Part shown: piece after piece, positions 47,420 through 55,336 of the stretch
Layout: the number at the start of each line of letters is the position of its first letter
How positions within the stretch are numbered: the stretch's first letter is position 1
NCBI GenBank assembly: GCA_017471825.1
Contig: JAFURQ010000007.1
Coordinates: 28,036-92,035, forward strand
Source of the DNA: Clostridia bacterium
GTDB taxonomy: Bacteria; Bacillota; Clostridia; Oscillospirales; CAG-272
Direction: 5' to 3'
DNA: 64,000 nucleotides
Program-made: the position numbers and the translations under genes
Notes under the pieces: generated by a model
What the model saw: the letters and a program-made list of their open reading frames with translations, nothing else
What the model was told of the DNA's origin: nothing
Databases searched by the model: none

Positions 47420-47779
47420 TTACTGCTCTTCGATAAAGGACTTAAACTTTTCGCCCATTTGTTCCAATTCGGAATCCGCAGAGGGGGTGCCGTTTGAATC
47501 GGTTGGCGTATAATGAGAGCTGCGATTCGCCGATACGGTATATTCTCCCGTAGGTGAATAGCTGTAGGTGCCGCTCGTGCTGTACGAGGTCTGAGTGCCG
47601 TTTTTCTTTGAGCGGATGCAGGCGACTATGACTATAGCAGGCCAGCCGATAACGAGTGAAAGCATAACCCAGCCGAAGGTATTAAAGCCCTTTTTGTGCG
47701 CCAAAACTCCGCACACAATCGGAACCGCGGTTCCAATAATAATATACAAAAAAACAATAATAATGCTAACTGCTTCCAC
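47420..47779 (-). CDS. Small membrane protein with Ser/Thr-rich tail
   Basis: GTG start after GGAG; two hydrophobic segments around 'LAHKKGFNTFGW'. Confidence 0.6.
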   Translation of the reverse strand: MEAVSIIIVFLYIIIGTAVPIVCGVLAHKKGFNTFGWVMLSLVIGWPAIVIVACIRSKKNGTQTSYSTSGTYSYSPTGEYTVSANRSSHYTPTDSNGTPSADSELEQMGEKFKSFIEEQ

Positions 47780-47933
47780 GGTGCTTCTCCTTGCCGAAAT
47801 TTTAATAGCAATTTGCTTTGTAATAATTATATATAAAATCGAAATAAAAGTCAATCCACACTCACACTTTTTCCATAATGCAATATAATAAGAAGGAAGA
47901 TGTGCAAAACTTTCTGAAAAAGAGAAAAAACCC

Positions 47934-47962
47934 TTGACAAATCCGAAAGCCTTTGCTATAAT
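47934..47962 (+). promoter_or_regulatory. Consensus promoter of tRNA-Cys
   Basis: TTGACA-17 nt-TATAAT with extended TG. Confidence 0.85.
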
Positions 47963-47981
47963 ATTAAAGCACGATAAATAC

Positions 47982-48056
47982 GGCGCCATGGCCAAGCGGT
48001 AAGGCAAAGCTCTGCAAAAGCTTCATTCCCCAGTTCAAATCTGGGTGGCGCCTCCA
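47982..48056 (+). tRNA. tRNA-Cys(GCA)
   Basis: GGCGCCA/TGGCGCC acceptor stem, AAGCT-CTGCAAA-AGCTT anticodon arm, TTCAAAT T-loop, U discriminator and encoded CCA. Confidence 0.97.
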
Positions 48057-48096
48057 AACAAAAGAGCACTGCGAGAGCAGTGCTCTTTTGTTTGGA
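48053..48096 (+). terminator. Perfect 20-bp hairpin overlapping the tRNA CCA end
   Basis: TCCAAACAAAAGAGCACTGC-gaga-GCAGTGCTCTTTTGTTTGGA. Confidence 0.8.
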
Positions 48097-48097
48097 A

Positions 48098-48259
48098 ATG
48101 AAGCGCGCTAACGCGCACGAAAAATGAAGCAGGTCTTCGCCCTATGAAGCGAGCCTTCGGCTCACGGAGAGATTAGTGTGCGCTTTGCTTCACGGCGGCA
48201 ACTCCGCCGCTTCATACGAGCGTAGCGAGTGCTTCATATCGACGAAGTCGATGCTTCAT
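48098..48259. repeat. ATGAAGC/GCTTCAT periodic multi-hairpin array (candidate structured RNA or protein-binding array)
   Basis: ATGAAGC at 48098, 48124, 48144; GCTTCA(T/C) at 48187, 48209, 48231, 48253; hairpins between the units. Confidence 0.8.
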
Positions 48260-48287
48260 TGACAAAACGTTGGTTTTATGTTATGCT
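48259..48287 (+). promoter_or_regulatory. Promoter of the four-helix-bundle gene
   Basis: TTGACA(48259)-17 nt-TATGCT(48282) with extended TG; the -35 overlaps the last GCTTCAT. Confidence 0.7.
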
Positions 48288-48309
48288 TTATTCCAAGGAC
48301 GGTGATATT

Positions 48310-48663
48310 ATGGCAAACGATAAGCTTTCGGAACAATCTATGGATTTTGCAGTTCAAATTATCAATCTCGTTAAGCAATTAAAAGAGCAACGCGAGAGTA
48401 TTATTTCCAATCAGATCGGAAGAAGCGGAACGTCAATCGGTGCGAACATTTATGAAGCCAAATATGCACATGGTACGGCGGATTTTATCTCTAAAATGCA
48501 GATTGCGCTCAAAGAGGCGAACGAAACGGGGTATTGGTTAGAGTTGCTTTACAAAACCAATTACATCGAAGAGAAACAGTATAATTTTCTTGAATCAAAA
48601 TGTAAATCTCTCCGAGCTATGCTTGTTTCCTCAATCAACACCGCAAAAAATAATAACAAATAA
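48310..48663 (+). CDS. Four helix bundle protein (TIGR02436 / 23S-IVS protein / Avd-like fold)
   Basis: S..FAV.II.L...L......IS.QI.RSGTSIGANI.EA......DF..K..IALKEANET.YWL.LL signature. Confidence 0.9.
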   Translation: MANDKLSEQSMDFAVQIINLVKQLKEQRESIISNQIGRSGTSIGANIYEAKYAHGTADFISKMQIALKEANETGYWLELLYKTNYIEEKQYNFLESKCKSLRAMLVSSINTAKNNNK

Positions 48664-48687
48664 ACTTCCTTTCGGTATAAAAGAAAT

Positions 48688-48726
48688 ACAAAAATAACAG
48701 CCGCTTCAATGCGGCTGTTATTTTTG
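48688..48726. terminator. Bidirectional terminator
   Basis: CAAAAATAACAGCCGC-ttcaat-GCGGCTGTTATTTTTG. Confidence 0.8.
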
Positions 48727-48876
48727 CTTATTTGGATTATCTAATATACCGAGGATATAATCAACCGAAACGCCGTAAAAATCGGAGAGCTTTATAAGTA
48801 TATCGGTCGGAATATCCCTTTGCCCGAGCTCGTAATTGCTGTATACCTGCTGTGAGCAGTTGAGCGCGGCGGCAAG
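48718..48876 (-). pseudogene. 5'-truncated XRE gene, inverted paralog of 50254..50469
   Basis: Manual translation LAAALNCSQQVYSNYELGQRDIPTDILIKLSDFYGVSVDYILGILDNPNKQK*; in-frame stop upstream and no start codon. Confidence 0.85.
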
Positions 48877-48897
48877 TAAATATTAAAGCTAAACTTC

Positions 48898-48943
48898 AAT
48901 AAAAATCTGAAACAAGAGTAACCTTGTTTCAGATTTTTTATTT
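48898..48943 (-). terminator. Terminator of the AT-rich gene
   Basis: AATAAAAAATCTGAAACAAG...CTTGTTTCAGATTTTTTATT. Confidence 0.75.
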
Positions 48944-48965
48944 TATATGATTACTCATTTGATTA

Positions 48966-50141
48966 TTACAGAAAATAGCTTAGAATCACATATGCAATAG
49001 GTATAATTGAAATGCCAAAAAAAGAACCTACGGTAATGCTTGGATAAAAAGTCACGGAAAAGTCCTCAGGAATTTTCTTCTCTAATATGCATAGCTTTGC
49101 TTTTTGTAAAACAGCCGTACATTCTTCTATCGCCGCTTTATCTGCGGTTATTCCCTTTGCACAGTTAACAATTGATAGAATAGCACAAATTACAGCCGGA
49201 AGGATACCATAAAACAAAAGATGGTCTATAATCATACTGTTTTCTTGTGGTGATGTTTCTTGAAACATGTACCAAACAACTCTAATCAATGTAAAAAATG
49301 CTATAAGAATTGCCGACAAAATTGCGACCGTTGCGCGTACTTTATCCTTTTTAAACTTTTTAATTGTTGTCTCACATTTTTCCTCTATCTCTTTGCACTT
49401 GTCCAAAATTTGTTTTAAATCTATCTGAAAGAAATCTACATCGTAAAAGAATCCATCTGCATCAGATTCAAAGCTATATGCTATGTCGTTATAAACAAAT
49501 TTAATCTCATAAAGTGCATAAATATATGCATTGAATGAATAGGGATCATGTGTAGAAATTTCAGTGGAACGAATTTCACTATTCATAATTTCAGCAGTAG
49601 AAGAATAAATCAAATCGTTTCTGTCATAATCGACACACTCGCTGGCAAATTTTCTTATTACATTTTTATTGAGGGATATTTCATGAAACAGATTATCTAT
49701 TCCGTAGGGATTTCTTTCTTCAAAGTCATCAGGATCTATCCAACATGCTTCATACGAAGATATCACAGATGCATTATTGCATTCAGCACAAATAAAATAC
49801 GTTTCATCATAATATAAGGTTTCTGTATGATCTTCTGTAAGTGTTGTTTTATTATAATGTGGGGACACACTAATTCCCTCTTTGTCTGATAAATTAACTC
49901 GATAATCCTCTACATAGGTCAATTCTTTTCTTGTTTTATAATCTACTACACATCGTGCTGAACAATCCAAAGACAACGCCTGATAATATTTGGGAGTAAC
50001 CGTGAAATTGTTAGGGTTCTTTAAAAATTCCAAATATCGCTGTGAAGCGCGGCTGATATCCTTTCCCTGCAATGCAGTTTTTCTAAAATTTTCAACTATT
50101 TCGTTTTTTCCTATTGATCTTTTGTAATAAAAAACTTCCAT
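48966..50141 (-). CDS. AT-rich hypothetical protein with three C-terminal TM segments (likely horizontally acquired)
   Basis: 391-aa ORF, AGGAG RBS, visibly lower GC than the flanks; no family recognised. Confidence 0.7.
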   Translation of the reverse strand: MEVFYYKRSIGKNEIVENFRKTALQGKDISRASQRYLEFLKNPNNFTVTPKYYQALSLDCSARCVVDYKTRKELTYVEDYRVNLSDKEGISVSPHYNKTTLTEDHTETLYYDETYFICAECNNASVISSYEACWIDPDDFEERNPYGIDNLFHEISLNKNVIRKFASECVDYDRNDLIYSSTAEIMNSEIRSTEISTHDPYSFNAYIYALYEIKFVYNDIAYSFESDADGFFYDVDFFQIDLKQILDKCKEIEEKCETTIKKFKKDKVRATVAILSAILIAFFTLIRVVWYMFQETSPQENSMIIDHLLFYGILPAVICAILSIVNCAKGITADKAAIEECTAVLQKAKLCILEKKIPEDFSVTFYPSITVGSFFGISIIPIAYVILSYFL

Positions 50142-50168
50142 TGACTTCTCCTTTTCCTTTTTTATTCA

Positions 50169-50214
50169 ATTATACCGCAATTTGCGGTAATTGTCAATAC
50201 TGCAAATTGCAGTT
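50169..50214 (-). promoter_or_regulatory. Promoter of the AT-rich gene with two palindromic operators
   Basis: Minus TTGACA(50197-50192)-17-TATAAT(50174-50169); TACCGCAATTTGCGGTA (50173) over the spacer and TACTGCAAATTGCAGTT (50198). Confidence 0.75.
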
Positions 50215-50253
50215 TAATATAATATCTTTATAACACTATAATATGGAGTATAT

Positions 50254-50469
50254 ATGGTCTATAGAAGAATTCGAGATTTACGAGAAGATCACGATTTAAC
50301 TCAAAAAGAGGTAGCAAGAAAATTGAATTGCTCTCAACAGGTTTATAGCAATTACGAACTTGGGCAGAGAGATATTCCCACAGATATACTAATTAAAATT
50401 TCGGCTCTATACAATGTATCTGTTGATTATATCCTTGGTATAAGCGACAACCCTAAGATACAAAAATAA
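50254..50469 (+). CDS. Small XRE-family HTH regulator
   Basis: RIRDLREDHDLTQKEVA..L.CSQQVYSNYELG.RDIP...YNVSVDYILG. Confidence 0.92.
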   Translation: MVYRRIRDLREDHDLTQKEVARKLNCSQQVYSNYELGQRDIPTDILIKISALYNVSVDYILGISDNPKIQK

Positions 50470-50679
50470 AGAGTTATACATGTTTATTATTTCTAAAAAT
50501 CGCCCCGATTTTTATCGGGGTTTTCTATTTACTTTTTTGTCGTTTTATGTTATACTGATAAACGCTTAGCCTTAATTTTGATACAGACAGTACTTTTTCG
50601 TCTGGCTGGAGTAGGCGAAAATATTTTTTAAATTTCTGCAAATAATTAATTGTAAAAGCATTAACAAGAGGTATTGAAA

Positions 50680-51831
50680 ATGATTGTTTCAAGCAGCATC
50701 AAATTCATTGGAGTAAACGATAAAAATATCGACCTTTTCGAGAGTATATATAAGGTTCCGCACGGCGTTTCCTACAATTCCTACGTCATTATTGACGAGC
50801 AGGTAGCCGTTGTCGATTCCGTGGATTCGGATTTTACGGGCGAGTGGCTCGACAGGCTTGATGCCGCGCTTGACGGCAGAGAGGTGAACTATCTCATAGT
50901 TCAGCATATGGAGCCCGATCACTCCGCAGGCATCGCCGCCTTTGCGGAAAAGCACCAAGGCGCAAAAATCGTGTCCTCGGCAAAGGCTTTTGCTATGATG
51001 AAGGGCTTTTTCGGAACCGATTTTTCCGAGAGAAGAATAGTCGTCACGGAGGGTGATACCCTTTCGCTCGGTAAGCATACGCTTACCTTCATAACCGCAC
51101 CTATGGTGCATTGGCCCGAGGTTATTATGACCTACGAAAGCACGGAGAGGGTGCTTTTCTCCGCCGATGCCTTCGGCAAATTCGGCGCGCTCGACGCGGA
51201 CGAGCCGTGGGAGGACGAGGCAAGAAGATACTATATCGGAATCGTTGGAAAATACGGTGTGCAGGTACAGAACGTGCTCAAAAAGGCGGCGGCTCTTGAT
51301 ATAGCCGTTATTTGCCCCCTGCACGGACCCGTGTTAAAAGAAAACCTCGCTCATTACGTAAATCTTTACGATACGTGGTCAAGCTACAGACCCGAGGAGG
51401 ACGGCGTGGTTATCGCCTACGGCTCGGTTTACGGCAACACAGCAAAGGCGGCAAGGCTTCTTGCCGACGAGCTGAAGAGCCGCGGCTGTAAGGTAGCTCT
51501 TTACGACCTTGCAAGATGCGATACGTACGCGGCAGTTGCCGATGCATTCAGATACAGTAAGCTCGTTCTTGCGGCGGCAAGCTACAACGCCGACGTATTC
51601 CCCGCTATGCGCGAATTTATAACCCACCTCACCGACAGAGGCTACAAATCTCGCACCGTAAGCATTATTGAAAACGGAAGCTGGGCACCCACGGCGGCGA
51701 AGGTGATGCGCTCCTTGCTCGAGGGGGCAAAGGACGTCACGTTTACGGAAGCGGGTGTAAAAATCCTCTCCGCTCCAAATGGTGAAACCGAAGCACAAAT
51801 AACCGCACTCGCCGATGCGCTTTGCGGTTAG
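50680..51831 (+). CDS. fprA: Flavodiiron protein (FprA/A-type flavoprotein)
   Basis: GVSYNSY, HMEPDHS, PMVHWPE, FSADAFG, CPLHGP; C-terminal flavodoxin SVYGNT, ENGSW. Confidence 0.93.
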   Translation: MIVSSSIKFIGVNDKNIDLFESIYKVPHGVSYNSYVIIDEQVAVVDSVDSDFTGEWLDRLDAALDGREVNYLIVQHMEPDHSAGIAAFAEKHQGAKIVSSAKAFAMMKGFFGTDFSERRIVVTEGDTLSLGKHTLTFITAPMVHWPEVIMTYESTERVLFSADAFGKFGALDADEPWEDEARRYYIGIVGKYGVQVQNVLKKAAALDIAVICPLHGPVLKENLAHYVNLYDTWSSYRPEEDGVVIAYGSVYGNTAKAARLLADELKSRGCKVALYDLARCDTYAAVADAFRYSKLVLAAASYNADVFPAMREFITHLTDRGYKSRTVSIIENGSWAPTAAKVMRSLLEGAKDVTFTEAGVKILSAPNGETEAQITALADALCG

Positions 51832-51919
51832 GCAAGAGAGAATAATACGAACCCGTTTTTTTCACACGGGTACTCACCTCTACGGTAAAATAAAGTTATA
51901 ACAGCTCCGAGGTATACTA

Positions 51920-52519
51920 ATGAAAATAATTCACAACACCGAAACGGCGATTTACACAATTGCCGCAGAGATAAAGGCCTTTGCTCACTTTTTCACAATT
52001 GCGCAGCAGGGCGCTTACATACTCTATCTCATTTATATGATAGCATTTGTCAGCGAGCGGATGCTCGTGCCGAATATATGCCTTTGTGTCGGCGCTATCG
52101 TATTTTTGATATTCTATATCATCAACATCAACAAAATCGGCAAGGAGGCACGTCTTGCAAAAAAGACGCTCCGCAGAAATTACAGACGGTTTAAAATAAT
52201 CACGCAAAGCGTTATGCTCGTCATAACCGCCTACAATATAGTTATAGCAATACACGACACCTCGCCCCTGACGTTTGCCCTTGCAATTTTCCTCGGCATC
52301 TCGTGGCTTGTAAACGTTGTTATCGAGCTTATTTCGCTGTATGTTGAAAGCAGACTCGAGCTTTTGAGAAGCAGTCTTGCCTCGGATTTCGAGGTGGTTA
52401 CGAGAACCGCCGAAACGGTTAGCGGAATATTTAAAAGAGGCAGCACGCGCGAGGACGCCGGCGAGGACGAGGGCGCCGGAACGGGCAGAAGCTTCTTTGG
52501 CGGTTTTTTCAGAAGATGA
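51920..52519 (+). CDS. Hypothetical membrane protein (about 4 TM)
   Basis: GAGG RBS, 199-aa ORF with hydrophobic segments. Confidence 0.65.
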   Translation: MKIIHNTETAIYTIAAEIKAFAHFFTIAQQGAYILYLIYMIAFVSERMLVPNICLCVGAIVFLIFYIININKIGKEARLAKKTLRRNYRRFKIITQSVMLVITAYNIVIAIHDTSPLTFALAIFLGISWLVNVVIELISLYVESRLELLRSSLASDFEVVTRTAETVSGIFKRGSTREDAGEDEGAGTGRSFFGGFFRR

Positions 52520-52694
52520 TTTAGAAAACGGCTCGGCGGTACTGCCGAGTCGTTTTTATTGAACAAATGTCCCATTATTGTATATTTTTTTGTCAAAATT
52601 ATTGATTTTTTGTTAACATGGTGCTATAATGTATATGTTATGAATTTTGACAAGTCAACATCACCTGCTCATTTTTTCGCAAAAAGGAGGAAAG

Positions 52695-53909
52695 ATGGAA
52701 CGTAAATTAAACAAACAAAATATGTTCTTATATAGATTCACCCAAGCTGCCGCGTGGATTGTTTCAAAGGCTTTTTTCAAAAGAAAGGTCGTGCGCAACG
52801 AGCTGAAGGGCAAAAAGGGCCCCATAGTCGTTATCGCTAATCACCAGGCGGCACTTGATTTCGTGAATCTCATAAGCTCTGTACGCCAGCCGATGCGCTT
52901 TGTTATAAGCAACTCATTTTATAAAACCATGCCCGTCAAGGGCATAATGACTAAAATCGGAGTCATTCCCAAGCAACAGTTTCAGACGAGTCTGAAGGAT
53001 ATGCACAGCATGAAGGCGGTAATAGACTCAAATGAAATTTTGGCTATTTACCCTGCGGGACTGATGTGTGAGGACGGAATTTCCACCCCCATTCCAATCG
53101 CCACCTACCGTTTTCTGCAATGGCTTCAGGCGGATATATACGTAGCCAAAACCAGCGGAACCTATTTCTGCACGCCGAAATGGTCAAAAAAGAACCGCGC
53201 AGGCAGAACCTATCTCGACATATACAAGCTATTCTCAAAGGAAGAGCTTGCGACCCTTTCCAACGAGGAAATAAGGGAGAGAGCCGACGAGGCGCTTCTC
53301 TTTGACGCCTATCGCGAGCAGGAAACGCTCAAGGTAAAATACTGCCATGGCGATAATATCGAAGGACTTGAAAACGTGCTGTACCTTTGCCCGCATTGCA
53401 AGCGAGAATACACCGTGCGCGTCCGCGATAAGCACACGATATATTGCACCGAGTGCGGATTCGCCGAAAAGAGCGATAAATACGGCTTTTTGCACAAGGA
53501 AGGCGAGGTTGGCGAGGAGCTTCGCTACGTTTCCGATTGGTCGCGCCTTGTTCACGACGACCTCAAGGCTCGTATGAGTGATGGGGAATGCGCAGAGCTT
53601 TCGTGCGGTACAAAATTCCTTACCGTCAATGAAAAGAAGAAGAAATTCGTCGAATCGGGTGAGGGCACCGTTACCCTCACTGCTGATAAATTTATTTTGA
53701 GCGGCACCATGAACGGAGAGGAAATATGCCTTGAAATTCCTTCAAAAATGTTCCCCTCCCTTCCCTTCAAGCCGGGAAAATACATAGAAATACAGCACAA
53801 CGATGACATCATCCGCTGTATGCTTGACGATGGCAAGCTTGCTATGAAATTCATAAATATGCTTAAGATAAATCACGAAATATTTGAAGACGAGCACTGT
53901 CACGTATAA
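52695..53909 (+). CDS. PlsC-like lysophospholipid acyltransferase with C-terminal CxxC/CxxC extension
   Basis: ANHQAALD, IYPAG; LYLCPHC...CTECG; start after GGAGG. Confidence 0.8.
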   Translation: MERKLNKQNMFLYRFTQAAAWIVSKAFFKRKVVRNELKGKKGPIVVIANHQAALDFVNLISSVRQPMRFVISNSFYKTMPVKGIMTKIGVIPKQQFQTSLKDMHSMKAVIDSNEILAIYPAGLMCEDGISTPIPIATYRFLQWLQADIYVAKTSGTYFCTPKWSKKNRAGRTYLDIYKLFSKEELATLSNEEIRERADEALLFDAYREQETLKVKYCHGDNIEGLENVLYLCPHCKREYTVRVRDKHTIYCTECGFAEKSDKYGFLHKEGEVGEELRYVSDWSRLVHDDLKARMSDGECAELSCGTKFLTVNEKKKKFVESGEGTVTLTADKFILSGTMNGEEICLEIPSKMFPSLPFKPGKYIEIQHNDDIIRCMLDDGKLAMKFINMLKINHEIFEDEHCHV

Positions 53910-53990
53910 TTTCAACTATTTAGGGCTTCCCTTGCGGAAGCCCTTATATTTTTGCTCCTTCGGGAAACAATAAGAAAAAACGGAGTAATT

Positions 53991-55289
53991 ATGGAGTCTA
54001 TTTGGGAAAAGGAAATCACCCCGCGGAGCTTTGAACGCCTGCGCGGAGATTTAAAAACCGACGTGCTTATTGTCGGGGGCGGACTTGCAGGGCTTCTGTG
54101 CGCATATAAGCTTCACGAGGCGGGAGTTGATTACGCTCTTGTAGAGGCAAAGAAAATTTTTTCGGGAACCAGCGGAAAATCAACCGCAAAAATCACCCTT
54201 CAACACGGTCTGATTTATGATAAATTGTTAAGAAAATACGGCAAAAGCTTTACACGGGGGTACCTCAACGCCAATTTGAAGGCAATGGACGAGTATCGCA
54301 CACTATGCGACGGCGGCGAGTGTGACCTCACCGAGAGAAGCGCGTACGTCTACTCTCTCGAGAACAGAGAAAAAATTGAAGCAGAGGTCCGTGCATACGA
54401 GAGCCTCGGTATCAATGCACACTTTTGCAAGAATACCGAGCTTCCGTTTTCGGTGGCGGGAGCGGTCAGAATTGACGGACAGTTAGAGATAAACCCATTA
54501 AAGCTTGCCGAGAAAATCTCTCGCGGACTTAATGTTTATGAAAATACGAAGGTGCTTGAGCTTGGAAAAAATGAGGCCACCGTCCACGGCGGCAAGATAA
54601 GAGCCAAAAAAATAATAATAGCCACTCATTTTCCAATACTCAACAAGCACGGACTTTACCCTCTGAAATTGTATCAGCACCGCTCCTACGTTATGGCACT
54701 CACGGGCGCTGACACCCCGAGCGGAATGTACGTCAGTGACAGACGCGACGGAATCTCCATCCGCGACTATAACGGCCATCTCATTCTCGGCGGCGGAGCA
54801 CACCGCACGGGAAAGGAGGGCGGAGGCTGGCAGGCGCTCGAGGATTTCGCGCAAAAATATTACACGGGTGCGCACGTCGCGGCAAAATGGGCGGCGCAGG
54901 ACTGTATCTCTCTTGACGGAGTAGCTTATATCGGAGAGTATTCAAAAAGGGCGAAAAACCTGTTCGTCGCAACGGGATTTAATAAATGGGGACTCACCAC
55001 CTCTATGGTGGCGGCAGACCTGCTCTGCGATCTTGTTACGGGGAAGAAAAACGAGCTTGCCGAAATATTTTCACCAAGCCGAAGCATTTTCCACAAGCAG
55101 TTAATCGTGAATATAACCGAGTCGGTAAAGGGGCTTCTGACCCCATCGGCTCCGCGCTGTCCGCACCTTGGGTGCGCACTGAAATACAACAAAGCGGAGC
55201 ACAGCTGGGACTGCTCCTGCCACGGCTCGCGCTTTGGCGAGGACGGGGAGGTTATCGACAATCCCGCAACCGATGATCTGAGGCAATGA
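53991..55289 (+). CDS. FAD-dependent oxidoreductase with C-terminal Rieske domain (YhfW-like)
   Basis: IVGGGLAG, ATGFNKWG, CPHLGC...WDCSCHGSRF. Confidence 0.9.
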   Translation: MESIWEKEITPRSFERLRGDLKTDVLIVGGGLAGLLCAYKLHEAGVDYALVEAKKIFSGTSGKSTAKITLQHGLIYDKLLRKYGKSFTRGYLNANLKAMDEYRTLCDGGECDLTERSAYVYSLENREKIEAEVRAYESLGINAHFCKNTELPFSVAGAVRIDGQLEINPLKLAEKISRGLNVYENTKVLELGKNEATVHGGKIRAKKIIIATHFPILNKHGLYPLKLYQHRSYVMALTGADTPSGMYVSDRRDGISIRDYNGHLILGGGAHRTGKEGGGWQALEDFAQKYYTGAHVAAKWAAQDCISLDGVAYIGEYSKRAKNLFVATGFNKWGLTTSMVAADLLCDLVTGKKNELAEIFSPSRSIFHKQLIVNITESVKGLLTPSAPRCPHLGCALKYNKAEHSWDCSCHGSRFGEDGEVIDNPATDDLRQ

Positions 55290-55299
55290 TGGTTCAAAC

Positions 55300-55336
55300 A
55301 AAAAACAGCAAGGCTTTTACGCCTTGCTGTTTTTTT
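55300..55336. terminator. Bidirectional terminator
   Basis: AAAAAACAGCAAGGC-ttttac-GCCTTGCTGTTTTTT. Confidence 0.8.

Noticed and set aside
47780-48007. Upstream extension of the 195-aa ORF
   Set aside because: It overlaps tRNA-Cys and its promoter; GTG at 47779 with an RBS is the plausible start
48098-48259. CRISPR array or DGR
   Set aside because: Repeats are 7 nt with palindromic 12-15 nt spacers and switch orientation midway; no cas, reverse transcriptase or TR/VR pair seen in the window
47982-50500. Prophage or integrative element at tRNA-Cys
   Set aside because: No integrase or phage genes, and I found no duplicated tRNA 3' end (att) by eye
50560-50620. Riboswitch upstream of fprA (CAGAC/GTCTG, GCCT/AGGC stems)
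   Set aside because: Short stems with no recognisable aptamer or expression platform
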